Source: Minisyncoccota bacterium (lineage in GTDB: Bacteria; Patescibacteriota; Minisyncoccia; Phycocordibacterales; PALSA-1337). Taken from it: a stretch of DNA of 64,000 nt. How positions within the stretch are numbered: position 1 is the stretch's first letter; each line of letters opens with the position of its first letter. The notes beneath the pieces are model-generated. The model did no database searches. It was not told the DNA's origin and was given only the letters and a program-made list of their open reading frames with translations. The DNA is taken from the NCBI GenBank assembly GCA_041666915.1, contig JBAYFZ010000002.1, positions 14,771-78,770 on the forward strand, given 5' to 3'. Below, in pieces: positions 18,660 through 28,327 of the stretch. The position numbers and the translations under genes are program-made.

Positions 18660-20141
18660 CTAATCCAATTGTTGCCAAGAAATAACCTGATACTGATTGG
18701 TTGCTTGAGGAAAAGATGGCGGTGGACCATACATTAGATTTCCATCGTAAATAATGTCTCGGACATCATAACCTGTACCATCTGTATAACTAAAACCGTA
18801 TCGCAAAAATGTTGCGATCATGCCATATAAAGTGAGAGAACTTCTAGCATAACTCGTACAATTTGAATTATAATAAAATCTACCAACACGACCCTTCTCA
18901 GCCACCAAAGCGGCATCTATACGTAAAGTATTCGCACTAAGCATTCCAACATTTATATTACCTTGTGCAATAAGACCGATACTATCCACTCCGTCATAAT
19001 TCGTATACTTTAAATTTTCATTAACTGTTATATTTGCATTTTTAAGTGGATCAGTATTACCGATAATACCGGCCGCTACCGTTACTCGTGTATTGTTTAT
19101 CTGACCATCAACCCAAAGATGATCGTCAACAAAGATAACTCCATTAGTTGGAATAGGATAATTACCTAAAAGAGTTTGATTTGACGAAATAGGTGTCTTT
19201 ATACTCCATGTCCCCCACTGATAATACTTTGGACCATTGACTTGAGACCGTGCCGTAGCATCTGCCCCACAATCTGGAGAACCAGCAGTAGGAGGGGCTT
19301 GTAGAGCATTAACCTTGTACATATCGTAACTAGTTACACCTCCAGTAACCTTAAACACCATATGGTATCCAGACTTACCAGAAGACGTCCATTCTTTACC
19401 TCCGGCAGACGGTTGAGCCAATGCCTGTAATTGCGTCAAACCCAAAGTTAAACCTGTAAAATCTGAACTAGGAACAGGAAACTGTCTACCTGCGATAAAA
19501 ACATCTGGACGATTTAATACTGGAGTGTTAGGACGAGGGTCATCTGTACCAACTGTTGTATAAACTCCCCACTGAGTTAAACCTGTATCAGGATCTGTAT
19601 AAGTAGTTCTCGCACTAGAGATAAGGTTATGCGCCACACCATCAAACCTTATTCCCCCATTAGAATGGATTGGTCCAAAAACTTCTGTACCTTCTCCAAA
19701 ACGCATATTATCATTTGCAACGACAGCATATTTTGCGAGCGATGGTATAGCTAAAGTTTTTTCAATAGTTCTAGATATTGTAGAAGAAGCCAACGTCCCT
19801 TTAGAAACTATCTTCACAATCGTTGAACCAGTGATCGGCGGAGTGATAGTTAACGAAAATGTTCCTAAAATACTTCCATTTTTGTCTACAAAATCATGTA
19901 CGTAAGGACCAGAAGTAGCTGTTCCGTCTTTATAATCATTTGGTGATTGAGCCAAATGCCACTGATAATAATCGGCACCAGCTTCCGCTATTTGAAAAGC
20001 TTGTTCGCGTTGTGCAACGTTACGGATACTAGCCAACAATGTAGCTCCCCAATTGGTAAGACCAATGATGATAGTTATAGCGACAGACGCAAAGATTATC
20101 ACCGAGAGAATAATATCGCCACGATTATTGGAAATTTTCAT
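18660..20141 (-). CDS. large type IV pilus minor pilin / PilX-like protein (N-terminal TM helix)
   Basis: 493 aa; single N-terminal hydrophobic helix then a large Gly/Thr/Asn-rich extracellular region. Last gene of the pilB-pilC-pilin operon. Confidence 0.5.
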   Translation of the reverse strand: MKISNNRGDIILSVIIFASVAITIIIGLTNWGATLLASIRNVAQREQAFQIAEAGADYYQWHLAQSPNDYKDGTATSGPYVHDFVDKNGSILGTFSLTITPPITGSTIVKIVSKGTLASSTISRTIEKTLAIPSLAKYAVVANDNMRFGEGTEVFGPIHSNGGIRFDGVAHNLISSARTTYTDPDTGLTQWGVYTTVGTDDPRPNTPVLNRPDVFIAGRQFPVPSSDFTGLTLGLTQLQALAQPSAGGKEWTSSGKSGYHMVFKVTGGVTSYDMYKVNALQAPPTAGSPDCGADATARSQVNGPKYYQWGTWSIKTPISSNQTLLGNYPIPTNGVIFVDDHLWVDGQINNTRVTVAAGIIGNTDPLKNANITVNENLKYTNYDGVDSIGLIAQGNINVGMLSANTLRIDAALVAEKGRVGRFYYNSNCTSYARSSLTLYGMIATFLRYGFSYTDGTGYDVRDIIYDGNLMYGPPPSFPQATNQYQVISWQQLD

Positions 20142-20758
20142 AGGTTTGTCTTTAGGTTACGAAGACTTGCTTGTACACTATACAATATTGGTAAAGGAGA
20201 ATGAATCGGATCAACATCAATTTGTTGGTTTATCTTGATCAACCTGACAGCATAAGCCGAAACTGGTTGCACCAACGGAGAGCTGGTACCTGTATAGTTG
20301 GTATCATAATACTGAAATGATGGAAGTGCATTACCATTCATAACATTGGTAATCAAAGTTGTCGTTGATTGATTAGCTATCGGATATGTAGGAGGTGAAC
20401 CAGTTGGATTGATCACTGCGCGATACAAAGTGGTTCCGATAAGAGAATAAGTTATCTGCTCCGTCTTAGTATCGTTGTTTACATCAGAAAAGAAAGACAG
20501 TGTCGTACTACCAGTCCTCACCAAAGGATAAGCTCCGTTTGCACCAGGAGCTATTTCCCTCAATTCTTTCAACATTGTCCTTAAAATAGTCTGAGAATTT
20601 TGTGCAGCTGAAAATGAACTTGAGATTGAACTATTATAAGAAAAAATATTTGCAGAAAAAGTTCCAACCGCCATCATTATTATTGCAAAGATAGCCACAG
20701 CAACCATGACCTCGGCCAAAGTCATACCCCTTATTTTTAAATCTTTGTTATTTATCAT
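20138..20758 (-). CDS. prepilin-type N-terminal cleavage/methylation domain protein (type IV pilin / pseudopilin)
   Basis: 206 aa; KIRGMTLAEVMVAVAIFAII is a class III signal (G/FTLxE-like) plus hydrophobic helix. Confidence 0.7.
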   Translation of the reverse strand: MINNKDLKIRGMTLAEVMVAVAIFAIIMMAVGTFSANIFSYNSSISSSFSAAQNSQTILRTMLKELREIAPGANGAYPLVRTGSTTLSFFSDVNNDTKTEQITYSLIGTTLYRAVINPTGSPPTYPIANQSTTTLITNVMNGNALPSFQYYDTNYTGTSSPLVQPVSAYAVRLIKINQQIDVDPIHSPLPILYSVQASLRNLKTNL

Positions 20759-20777
20759 ATGAATGAATATTTTCTCG

Positions 20778-22547
20778 TTATAGACTCATCAAAATCGTCT
20801 GTTTCTGCCAACCGCTTCCAATAGTTACAAATTTAGATTGTGTAGCATATCCAGATTTTGTAACGGTCAAAGTGTATTCATCACCCAAAAGACCTTGGAA
20901 GATAACCTGCCCCGGTGGTAAACAAGCCGAAGTGTAAGAAAAGAAGACATCTGAAACTTTTGGAGTTACAGTAGCCGTTTCTGTCGTTAAATAAGTCTTG
21001 TAACGTACATATTCGTCACCATTATGAACAATATTTATCGGAGACCCAGGAACAGTGTAGTAAGTCCCTGATGTTCCATCTGGACCAAAATAATTCCAAG
21101 CTGATCCAGATGAACTTGCATTGGTTGCAAATTGCATCTTCACACTTGTTTCTCCAGACAAGATAGGCTGACTATTTGGATTCCAAGAAATAGTATAAAA
21201 ATTACTTGTAGTTCCTGTATCAAATATAGAAGATTCCAATGTACCCGTAGCGTTCACATCATAAGAACCAAAAAGATCTTTCAAGAGGATGTCTCCTGAG
21301 GAAGTGGCAGTATCAACCAAATTATTATCTGTGAAATATCTTCCGTCAGTAACATACATGTCTTGACCGCTTCCGCCAGACCAATCTGATTGGCTAAGAT
21401 AACCTTCACCTGTAACTTTAGCTTTGTAATAACCAGTCTTAGAAAGTTCAACAACAGCACCAGAGATCGGTAGATTCGTTGCACTATCCAAAACAGAGAC
21501 CATCAAACTATTGGAATCCTTTGGTACGACTACAATCTGTACATTCTGAGAATTGTCAGGATTCAAGGAAAATGGACTATCTGGATTTATACCAGCAACA
21601 TCATAAGAACCATCTGTAGGTGTAATAGTATATGTATCCCATTCCATAGAACTGAGATTCAAAAGACCAGATGCGTTGGTAGAAAGATTTTGTGAATATT
21701 TTGGTATTCCAGCACCAATTTCTTTTGCCCCAACCATTGAAAAGTCTACATTCCCAACAGGAACACAAAGTGGTGTAACACTAGAAAAGTGTAATGAGCT
21801 CAATTTATCTATGGAAAAACTTATCGGACTAACTTCCTGATTTAAAACAGTAACATTTGGCTTCGTAGGGTTGCTTACTTCTGCCAATGAATAAGTTTCT
21901 TCAGTAGAATAACCTTCTTTTGTTACAATGATTTTGTACATATCCTCGCCAGGGGGAACACCGATGATATTCAATATCCCAGAATTATTTGTTATATCAA
22001 CGTTAGTGACAGATGAAGTTGCAACACTTTGAACACTGACGGTTGCGCCTTGAACAGGTTCCCCATTACCATTGAATACTTGAACGACCAAAGCTCCCCC
22101 ATTTCCTGCAGATTGAAGATTGGCAGGAGAAATCAAACCCGTAAGAGATACCTGTCTAAAATTTTTACAATTTGAACAATCAACGTTTATTTCAACCAAC
22201 TTACTACTAGCTTGAACGGACGAGGTTGAAAGATTTATGTTACGGATAGTCAGACCGACATCAAAAGTCATACCTCCACGAGTCAATGTTTGCGTTTGAG
22301 GCAAAACTCCCAAAGGAATACCTGTCGTAAGACCAACGTTTACATATGGCATATTACGAATGATCTCAAATTGCTCTGCCACCAATTGAGTAGCCAAAGT
22401 CCTAGCCTGACTTCCACTAGCCAATTGAAGCAAGCTTACAAATGAGCCGTAAACAGCCATTGCTACAATTAGAAAAATTGCCGAGCCTACAAGCACTTCA
22501 ACGAGAGAGAAGCCTCTTTGTAATTTTTTAATTTTAAGACAAAACAT
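20778..22547 (-). CDS. large prepilin-type N-terminal domain protein (pilin-like)
   Basis: 589 aa; LQRGFSLVEVLVGSAIFLIVAMAV prepilin leader/helix followed by a long Ser/Thr/Asn-rich beta-like region. Confidence 0.65.
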   Translation of the reverse strand: MFCLKIKKLQRGFSLVEVLVGSAIFLIVAMAVYGSFVSLLQLASGSQARTLATQLVAEQFEIIRNMPYVNVGLTTGIPLGVLPQTQTLTRGGMTFDVGLTIRNINLSTSSVQASSKLVEINVDCSNCKNFRQVSLTGLISPANLQSAGNGGALVVQVFNGNGEPVQGATVSVQSVATSSVTNVDITNNSGILNIIGVPPGEDMYKIIVTKEGYSTEETYSLAEVSNPTKPNVTVLNQEVSPISFSIDKLSSLHFSSVTPLCVPVGNVDFSMVGAKEIGAGIPKYSQNLSTNASGLLNLSSMEWDTYTITPTDGSYDVAGINPDSPFSLNPDNSQNVQIVVVPKDSNSLMVSVLDSATNLPISGAVVELSKTGYYKAKVTGEGYLSQSDWSGGSGQDMYVTDGRYFTDNNLVDTATSSGDILLKDLFGSYDVNATGTLESSIFDTGTTSNFYTISWNPNSQPILSGETSVKMQFATNASSSGSAWNYFGPDGTSGTYYTVPGSPINIVHNGDEYVRYKTYLTTETATVTPKVSDVFFSYTSACLPPGQVIFQGLLGDEYTLTVTKSGYATQSKFVTIGSGWQKQTILMSL

Positions 22548-22557
22548 TTTTTTGATC

Positions 22558-23775
22558 CTACATTACATCTACCAACGAATACATAGGTTGAATCATAGAA
22601 ATTGCAAAGAAACCTACGGCCCCTCCTATAACCAATATGAGTATCGGCTCTATTATCGTAGACATGTCTTTGGTTTTCTGATTAACATCATTTTCATAAT
22701 ATTGAGCTACACCCATAAGCATCTCCCCTGTTTTACCGGTCTCTTCACCAACGCTCATCATTTCAATAAAAAAGACTGGGTAATATTTACCAAACTGACC
22801 GAAAGTCTTTGACATCAATTCTCCATTCTTTATTGAAAGAGAAGCTTTTTGTAAAATTCTTTGAAAATGAACATTCTGAACAACGTCTGCAGTAATATTT
22901 ATAGATTCAACAACATCAACCCCAGAACCCAACAATGAAGACATCGTCCTTGCTGTTCTAGCAGTATTAACTTCTTGAACGAGTTCTCCTATAACAGGAA
23001 TCTTAAGAATGGCAGAATGAAATATCTTTTTTCCAGAAGCTTTTTTTGACCACCAGACTAAAGAGCCGATAAGGATCAAAACAAGACCAAAGACGATCAC
23101 TCCTTGATCCCTGATGAGATTGCTTATATTCAAGACTACTTGGGTTGTCATAGGTAACGGAACATTGAGATCTGTAAAAGTCTTGAGCAAAGTAGGAATT
23201 ATAAAGATAAACATCAATACAGCGATAATTATCATTGCTGAAAAAATAACTGCAGGATACATGAGAGCACCACGGATTCTCTTATCCAAGGAATACGAAC
23301 TATCCATCTGACTGGAGACAATCTTCAGAGAATCAGCCAATGTTCCAGACTGTTCTCCGGCATGAACCATTGCGACGAATATCTTTGGAAAAACCTTTGG
23401 GTGTTTACTAAGCGCGTCAGCAAAAGTTATACCTTGATCAATATTCTTCACAAGATCAGCTACGACTTTCTTGAGAGATGCGTTGCGTGTTTGTTTCTCA
23501 AGGACTGCCAAAGCTCTAGAAAGAGCTAGACCAGCTTCCAACATTGCCCCCAAATTACGTGCGAAATTTATTTTCTCAATAGTCTTGACCCTATCAAAAA
23601 TAGATAGAGAAATATTCATATGCAGTCCTCTAGATTCACGCTTTTCTTTGAATTCAACTACTTCATCACCACCTTCTCGTAGAAGTTTGTACAATTCGTA
23701 ACGATCTACAGCATCTCTTTCGCTGTTATATATCTCTCCTGTAGATTTTTTTGCTTTGAAAGTGAAATGGGGCAT
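22558..23775 (-). CDS. pilC: type IV pilus assembly platform protein PilC (GspF family)
   Basis: 405 aa; two T2SS-F repeats and three TM segments. Confidence 0.9.
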   Translation of the reverse strand: MPHFTFKAKKSTGEIYNSERDAVDRYELYKLLREGGDEVVEFKEKRESRGLHMNISLSIFDRVKTIEKINFARNLGAMLEAGLALSRALAVLEKQTRNASLKKVVADLVKNIDQGITFADALSKHPKVFPKIFVAMVHAGEQSGTLADSLKIVSSQMDSSYSLDKRIRGALMYPAVIFSAMIIIAVLMFIFIIPTLLKTFTDLNVPLPMTTQVVLNISNLIRDQGVIVFGLVLILIGSLVWWSKKASGKKIFHSAILKIPVIGELVQEVNTARTARTMSSLLGSGVDVVESINITADVVQNVHFQRILQKASLSIKNGELMSKTFGQFGKYYPVFFIEMMSVGEETGKTGEMLMGVAQYYENDVNQKTKDMSTIIEPILILVIGGAVGFFAISMIQPMYSLVDVM

Positions 23776-23782
23776 TATAGTT

Positions 23783-23820
23783 TAGTGCAAAATTAAAAGT
23801 GCAAAATGAAAAGTGCAAAG
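23783..23820. repeat. tandem AGTGCAAA motifs (three copies) in the pilB-pilC intergenic region
   Basis: tagtgcaaaattaaaagtgcaaaatgaaaagtgcaaag. The same motif forms the arms of the palindrome at 26468..26601 and recurs at about 42745..42775. Confidence 0.5.
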
Positions 23821-23823
23821 TTA

Positions 23824-25572
23824 TTACTCTGAAACGACACGGAGCACTTCTTCAATCGTTGTCATTCCCTGTACACACTTGAATATACCGTCTTCTAACA
23901 TTGTGAGCATTCCTTCTTTCTTGGCCTGAATTTCAATATCATTTGAAGTAGCATTTTTCATTATAAGATCTTTGATAGATTGAGTCATAACCAAGACTTC
24001 GTGGATACCAACACGACTCTTGAAACCATCGTCATCTCCAGCTGGTACAGCTTTCCAGAAATTGATCTTATCCCAAGTGTCGGACGATTTTACTATTTTT
24101 TCTGTCTTCAAATAACCAAGGACTCTGTCTAGATCAACAACTTTTGCCAATTGATTGAATTCATCCTTGGATAACTTGTATTCCTGTTTTGAATCAGTAA
24201 GTTTACGAACCAAACGCTGACCGATAACAATATCCAAAGTAGAAACCAACAAAAATGGCTCAACACCCATATCCAAAAGACGAGGCATCGCTCCTGCTGC
24301 CGAGTTGGTATGCAAAGTAGAAAGAACCAAGTGACCAGTCAAAGCGGCATTGACTCCAAGTGCTGCGGTTTCACCGTCACGGATTTCTCCAACCATGATA
24401 ATATCTGGATCTTGACGGACCAAAGTTCTGATACCTTGTGGAAATGAGAAACCGATCTCTGGACGAACTTGAGTTTGATTGATACGAGCCATCTGGTATT
24501 CAATAGGGTCTTCAATAGTTGAAATATTCACATCTGGAGTATTCAAAATATCCAACATGGTATACAAAGTCGTAGTTTTTCCAGATCCAGTGGGACCTGT
24601 CATGAGTATCATTCCCGTCGTCTTATTCAAAGTTTTATGAATCGCTTCCAAGCCTTCGCCGTGGAAATTCAAATATTCCAAAGTGAATCCGGATATACTT
24701 TCTCTAAGTAAACGCATAACGATCTTTTCACCATAATATGTTGGCAAAATAGAGACACGGAATGAAACTTTTTCTTCATTCATGTCAACTTTGAAACGAC
24801 CGTCTTGAGGTAAACGTTTTTCATCCAATTTTAGATTGGCCAAAACTTTGATACGAGCAGATACCGAAGGACCGGCCTGTTTTGGAAGTACCATCGCATC
24901 ATGTAAAAGTCCATCTATACGATAACGAACCAAGACTTGTTCCTCCATTGGTTCTATATGGATATCGGAAGAATTTTGCAAGATAGCGTGTTTTATCAAA
25001 GTATCAACAATACGCACAACCGGCATATCTTCTGCGATCTTTTTTAAATCAGCTTCTGAGGCAGTATCCCCTTCTTCTTCTGAAATCATCTTGAGTGAAG
25101 CGGTCTCTTTTTGGATCAAATCACCAAATTCAGCCTTGAGACTCTTTTGATACTGAACCAATGCTTCTTTAATAGAATCCGAATCAGTCAAACGAGGTAA
25201 TATTTTCAAATTGACTTTCTTTTTAATGAAATCAATAGCGGGCAAATCGTTGACATCCAACATCGCAACTTCCAAAGCGACATCTGTCTTTTTAAAAGCG
25301 ACAATGTTATGAGCACGAGCAATCGGTTCTGGAATAAGAGAGAGGGTCTCAAAAGGTAATTTTTTACCTTTAAGGTCTACGAAAGGAATACCAAAGACAT
25401 AAGCTTGCATTCTACGGAGATTGTCTGCACTGATCTTGCCTGACGAAATCAATACATCGCCTAAATGCTTTTTCTTTTTCTCGCTTTCTTTCTTTGCATC
25501 TTCAAGGTCATCCTTGGTTACAAGACCAGAATCAAGAATAAATTTATATAATTGGGTATCTTCAACGAACAT
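23824..25572 (-). CDS. pilB: type IV pilus assembly ATPase PilB (GspE family); start placed at the MFVEDTQ Met
   Basis: N-terminal GspE-N region, Walker A TGPTGSGKTTTLY, Asp/His boxes. The longer ORF to 25644 would run into an upstream terminator hairpin. Confidence 0.9.
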   Translation of the reverse strand: MFVEDTQLYKFILDSGLVTKDDLEDAKKESEKKKKHLGDVLISSGKISADNLRRMQAYVFGIPFVDLKGKKLPFETLSLIPEPIARAHNIVAFKKTDVALEVAMLDVNDLPAIDFIKKKVNLKILPRLTDSDSIKEALVQYQKSLKAEFGDLIQKETASLKMISEEEGDTASEADLKKIAEDMPVVRIVDTLIKHAILQNSSDIHIEPMEEQVLVRYRIDGLLHDAMVLPKQAGPSVSARIKVLANLKLDEKRLPQDGRFKVDMNEEKVSFRVSILPTYYGEKIVMRLLRESISGFTLEYLNFHGEGLEAIHKTLNKTTGMILMTGPTGSGKTTTLYTMLDILNTPDVNISTIEDPIEYQMARINQTQVRPEIGFSFPQGIRTLVRQDPDIIMVGEIRDGETAALGVNAALTGHLVLSTLHTNSAAGAMPRLLDMGVEPFLLVSTLDIVIGQRLVRKLTDSKQEYKLSKDEFNQLAKVVDLDRVLGYLKTEKIVKSSDTWDKINFWKAVPAGDDDGFKSRVGIHEVLVMTQSIKDLIMKNATSNDIEIQAKKEGMLTMLEDGIFKCVQGMTTIEEVLRVVSE

Positions 25573-25624
25573 TAGGTAAATTATATCAGATATAAGAGAT
25601 GACTGCTTATGCACAGCTTTGAAT

Positions 25625-25660
25625 AAACGAAAACCCGCAACCATATTTCAGATTGCGGGG
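25625..25660 (-). terminator. rho-independent terminator (cccgcaa-N12-ttgcggg plus T-run on the minus strand) for the 25708..26217 gene
   Basis: Minus strand: ccccgcaatctgaaatatggttgcgggttttcgttt. Identical stem-loop to the terminator at 26618..26654. Confidence 0.7.
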
Positions 25661-25707
25661 AAATTTTGAGTGGTGTTTTCAGGTAACCACTTCATTACCT
25701 TATTATG

Positions 25708-26217
25708 CTAGACCCTAGCCCAGTCAGGAAGATAGAGATCCGGGACAGGACCGTCTTGACCACCTTTTGCAACTCTTGCTTTGATATAATCCTCCAAAGC
25801 ATTAGCTTGAAGCAAATCAAACGCAGTTGCGACGATAACCGTCGTCGCAAGCCACTCAAGAGCTAGGCCACCTGAGATATCAATCTCAAGCGGAGTGCCA
25901 TACCACGCATCCCCCATTGAAGTTCGGCGTAGCGGTATAGACTCAGAAGCAGAGGTTTCACCACTACCAAGTCCGTAGGCAATAATCTTTCCAAGCGTGG
26001 TCGAATTCCGCCTCCCGATAAGATGGAGCACGTTTTGAAAAACGTGTTTAGAGAAATCCTTTACGCAAGAATGTTTTTTTAAATCATCATTAGTGATTTG
26101 GAGCTCACCCATGATGTTCTTCGTCACATTGACGATGTACTCCTGATCCAACCACTTCTGTTGACGGATTCGAGTCGCGTAAAGTGGTAAGGACTTTGTT
26201 TCTGTTAATGTTCTCAT
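25708..26217 (-). CDS. hypothetical protein of unknown function (GC-rich, likely horizontally acquired)
   Basis: 169-aa ORF clearly GC-richer than its neighbours. No family recognised by eye. Flanked by identical terminators. Confidence 0.5.
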   Translation of the reverse strand: MRTLTETKSLPLYATRIRQQKWLDQEYIVNVTKNIMGELQITNDDLKKHSCVKDFSKHVFQNVLHLIGRRNSTTLGKIIAYGLGSGETSASESIPLRRTSMGDAWYGTPLEIDISGGLALEWLATTVIVATAFDLLQANALEDYIKARVAKGGQDGPVPDLYLPDWARV

Positions 26218-26376
26218 ATTTATCTCCTTTCGAGAGATTTCCCATTACCTTTATGGATCATGCTTCCGATTCAATTGTCGATGGACATATTATACTCCTA
26301 TTTAATGACGATGTCAAGCGTTTGTATACGGCTCTACTAAGCCATTAACATAAATAACACGGAAAATTCCTACTCT

Positions 26377-26460
26377 AAATTGCCTCAAATTGACACCTAT
26401 GCTATACTGTTGTCGTTACGTATCTGTTCGCCCACCGGCGAACTTATTTGTTAAAAGGGG
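26377..26460 (+). promoter_or_regulatory. promoter plus short leader hairpin, copy 1 (sigma70-like TTGCCT-17-TATACT followed by gttcgcc-cacc-ggcgaac and a T-rich tract)
   Basis: 84 nt near-identical to 28408..28491 (upstream of nusA). -35 at 26380..26385, -10 at 26403..26408. Confidence 0.55.
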
Positions 26461-26467
26461 CGATGTT

Positions 26468-26601
26468 TAGTGCAAAGTGAAAAGTGCAAAATGCAAAATT
26501 TTAGTTAATGGTTAATAGTTATTATATTCAAATACTATCTAACTCAAAAACTCAATAACTTTTCACTACAACTTTGCATTTTGCACTTTTCACTTTGCAC
26601 T
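26468..26601. repeat. long perfect inverted repeat: 29-nt arms (agtgcaaagtgaaaagtgcaaaatgcaaa) separated by about 75 AT-rich nt
   Basis: Left arm 26468..26497, right arm 26573..26601 as exact reverse complement. Arms are built from AGTGCAAA-type units. Confidence 0.7.
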
Positions 26602-26617
26602 TACAATACAATTTAAT

Positions 26618-26654
26618 AAAAACAAAAACCCGCAACCATATTTCAGATTGCGGG
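26618..26654 (-). terminator. rho-independent terminator for the 26681..27097 gene; identical stem-loop to 25625..25660
   Basis: Minus strand: ccccgcaatctgaaatatggttgcgggtttttgttttt. Confidence 0.7.
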
Positions 26655-26680
26655 GTGTGAAAGCTTGAACTTCCAGTAAG

Positions 26681-27097
26681 TCAGAGTGTGTAAACAACAA
26701 GTTTCTTCTTTGATTGTTCAATTCCCCCAAGGATAGCTTCCACGTCTGCACCTTGCATCCTACCGAAGAATCCGGAACCCATCAGTACGACAGCAATTTC
26801 CTCATCGTCGGGCGCCTCGATTTTATCGAGACATTCCCGAGCGACGCGTGGTGTGTCGTTCCAACCACCCTTATCAAGCGAATGGCAAACCAGAGCATAG
26901 TAAGTCTTCTCACCATCCTTACGTATGAGCACTTCGCCGAGTTGATTTCCACCAGTACGAATAAGTTCCGACCATTTTATTCGCAAAGATACCTGTTCTG
27001 CAAACCCATCGTCATTATCACCCTGAGTGTTGATTGCAAAAGCGATATGCTTTTGTGGCGCCAAGAATATGTCTCCTTTAACTCTATTTACAATCAT
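26681..27097 (-). CDS. macro-domain-like protein (putative ADP-ribose binding/processing); GC-rich
   Basis: 138 aa; VKGDIFLAPQKHIAFAINTQG and VLMGSGFFG loosely match macro-domain GDI...NAAN and G-x-G-x-x-G loops. The plus-strand ORF 26714..27133 is its antisense artefact. Confidence 0.3.
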   Translation of the reverse strand: MIVNRVKGDIFLAPQKHIAFAINTQGDNDDGFAEQVSLRIKWSELIRTGGNQLGEVLIRKDGEKTYYALVCHSLDKGGWNDTPRVARECLDKIEAPDDEEIAVVLMGSGFFGRMQGADVEAILGGIEQSKKKLVVYTL

Positions 27098-27329
27098 TCA
27101 TTTACCCGTCCTTTCTTTTTTATTATAGTTTGACTATAAGAGTAACTCTAAAAGCATGTTTTTATGCCATTAGAACCACTTCTAACAAGCCTCTCAATGA
27201 ACTCATTATTTTTCATAACATATCATCCTACTTCAAACTTGTCGAGTATTTTGTACTAGATGAGTACATGCAATTGATTGTTGAACTCGGGAGAACTGAA
27301 TTCAATAAGTATATTATAAATTAAGACCC

Positions 27330-28307
27330 TTACACTTCACTAATAACTTCAAAACCACTAAAGCTTCCAGTTATAGCGAGACCAATTACAGTATCTGCTA
27401 TATTTTGACTTTTTATTTTTCTGGCCGTTTCATTCAAAGTAGCGCCAGATCCCAGAGCATCGTCTATGAGCAAAATGGTTTTGAACTTCCTAGACTCATC
27501 TAGAATGATTGTGGACTTAGCATTCTCAATACGATCCTCTAGTTTAGTAAGAGTCTTCTGTGGAACAGATATTTCTTTTTTCACCTTTACCAATGAAATG
27601 ACCGGAACAGAAAGATTGAGTTGTCTTTCTATCTCTTTCATAAGCTGTAACTCTCTTTTAACAGTCGGAGGAATATAGCCAATAGCATCTACTGACCATT
27701 TTTTTATGAAAGATTCAATACGTGGCTTTATCTCACTTATCAATTCACGAATAAGTTCCTTGCTCTGACTTTGTTTTGCATAAAGCAAAATTTGACCGAG
27801 TTTTGTCTTACCAAACCTTTCTATACTATAAAAATCCAAATAAAAAACTTCGTCAAGGAATACTTCTTTGAATGTATGTTTAATTTTATATTTACCATCT
27901 ATAAAACCATCTTTTCTATACTCGGAGAATTTCTTGTACGACTGGACGTAATCATTGGCTGTTTTTATAGGATTCTCATTTCTCTTATTGCACCATTCTA
28001 TAAAACCTATAATTCCTTCTTTCCTTTCTCCGCTTGGGGATATGAGAAGAAAATTTTCATTTATAATCTTCTCTGTTTTCTTATCAAAGATGATTTCGGA
28101 AATAACATCCTTTTTTATGTCATTAATAAAATAGTACACTTTTGGAGGTGTACCTCTTTTGTGCACAAGATTTTGTTCCAACAAATTAAAAAGTTGTTTT
28201 CTAACTGCTCTAGTTGTAATACCAAGAAAATCAGCCAGCTCATTACCTGACGCTTGACCTTTATCTTTTATATAATTAATAATTTTTTCTGATGTCTTCT
28301 GGTCCAT
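27330..28307 (-). CDS. winged-HTH plus phosphoribosyltransferase-domain protein (PurR/ComF-like architecture)
   Basis: 325 aa; N-terminal GNELADFLGITTRAVRKQL wHTH. C-terminal ILLIDDALGSGATLNE is a PRTase PRPP-binding motif. Confidence 0.6.
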   Translation of the reverse strand: MDQKTSEKIINYIKDKGQASGNELADFLGITTRAVRKQLFNLLEQNLVHKRGTPPKVYYFINDIKKDVISEIIFDKKTEKIINENFLLISPSGERKEGIIGFIEWCNKRNENPIKTANDYVQSYKKFSEYRKDGFIDGKYKIKHTFKEVFLDEVFYLDFYSIERFGKTKLGQILLYAKQSQSKELIRELISEIKPRIESFIKKWSVDAIGYIPPTVKRELQLMKEIERQLNLSVPVISLVKVKKEISVPQKTLTKLEDRIENAKSTIILDESRKFKTILLIDDALGSGATLNETARKIKSQNIADTVIGLAITGSFSGFEVISEV

Positions 28308-28327
28308 GGAACAAGTATAGCATAAAA

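Noticed and set aside
26714-27133. Plus-strand 139-aa ORF overlapping the macro-like gene
   Set aside because: Antisense overlap. The minus-strand frame has the domain-like motifs and is followed by the proper terminator.
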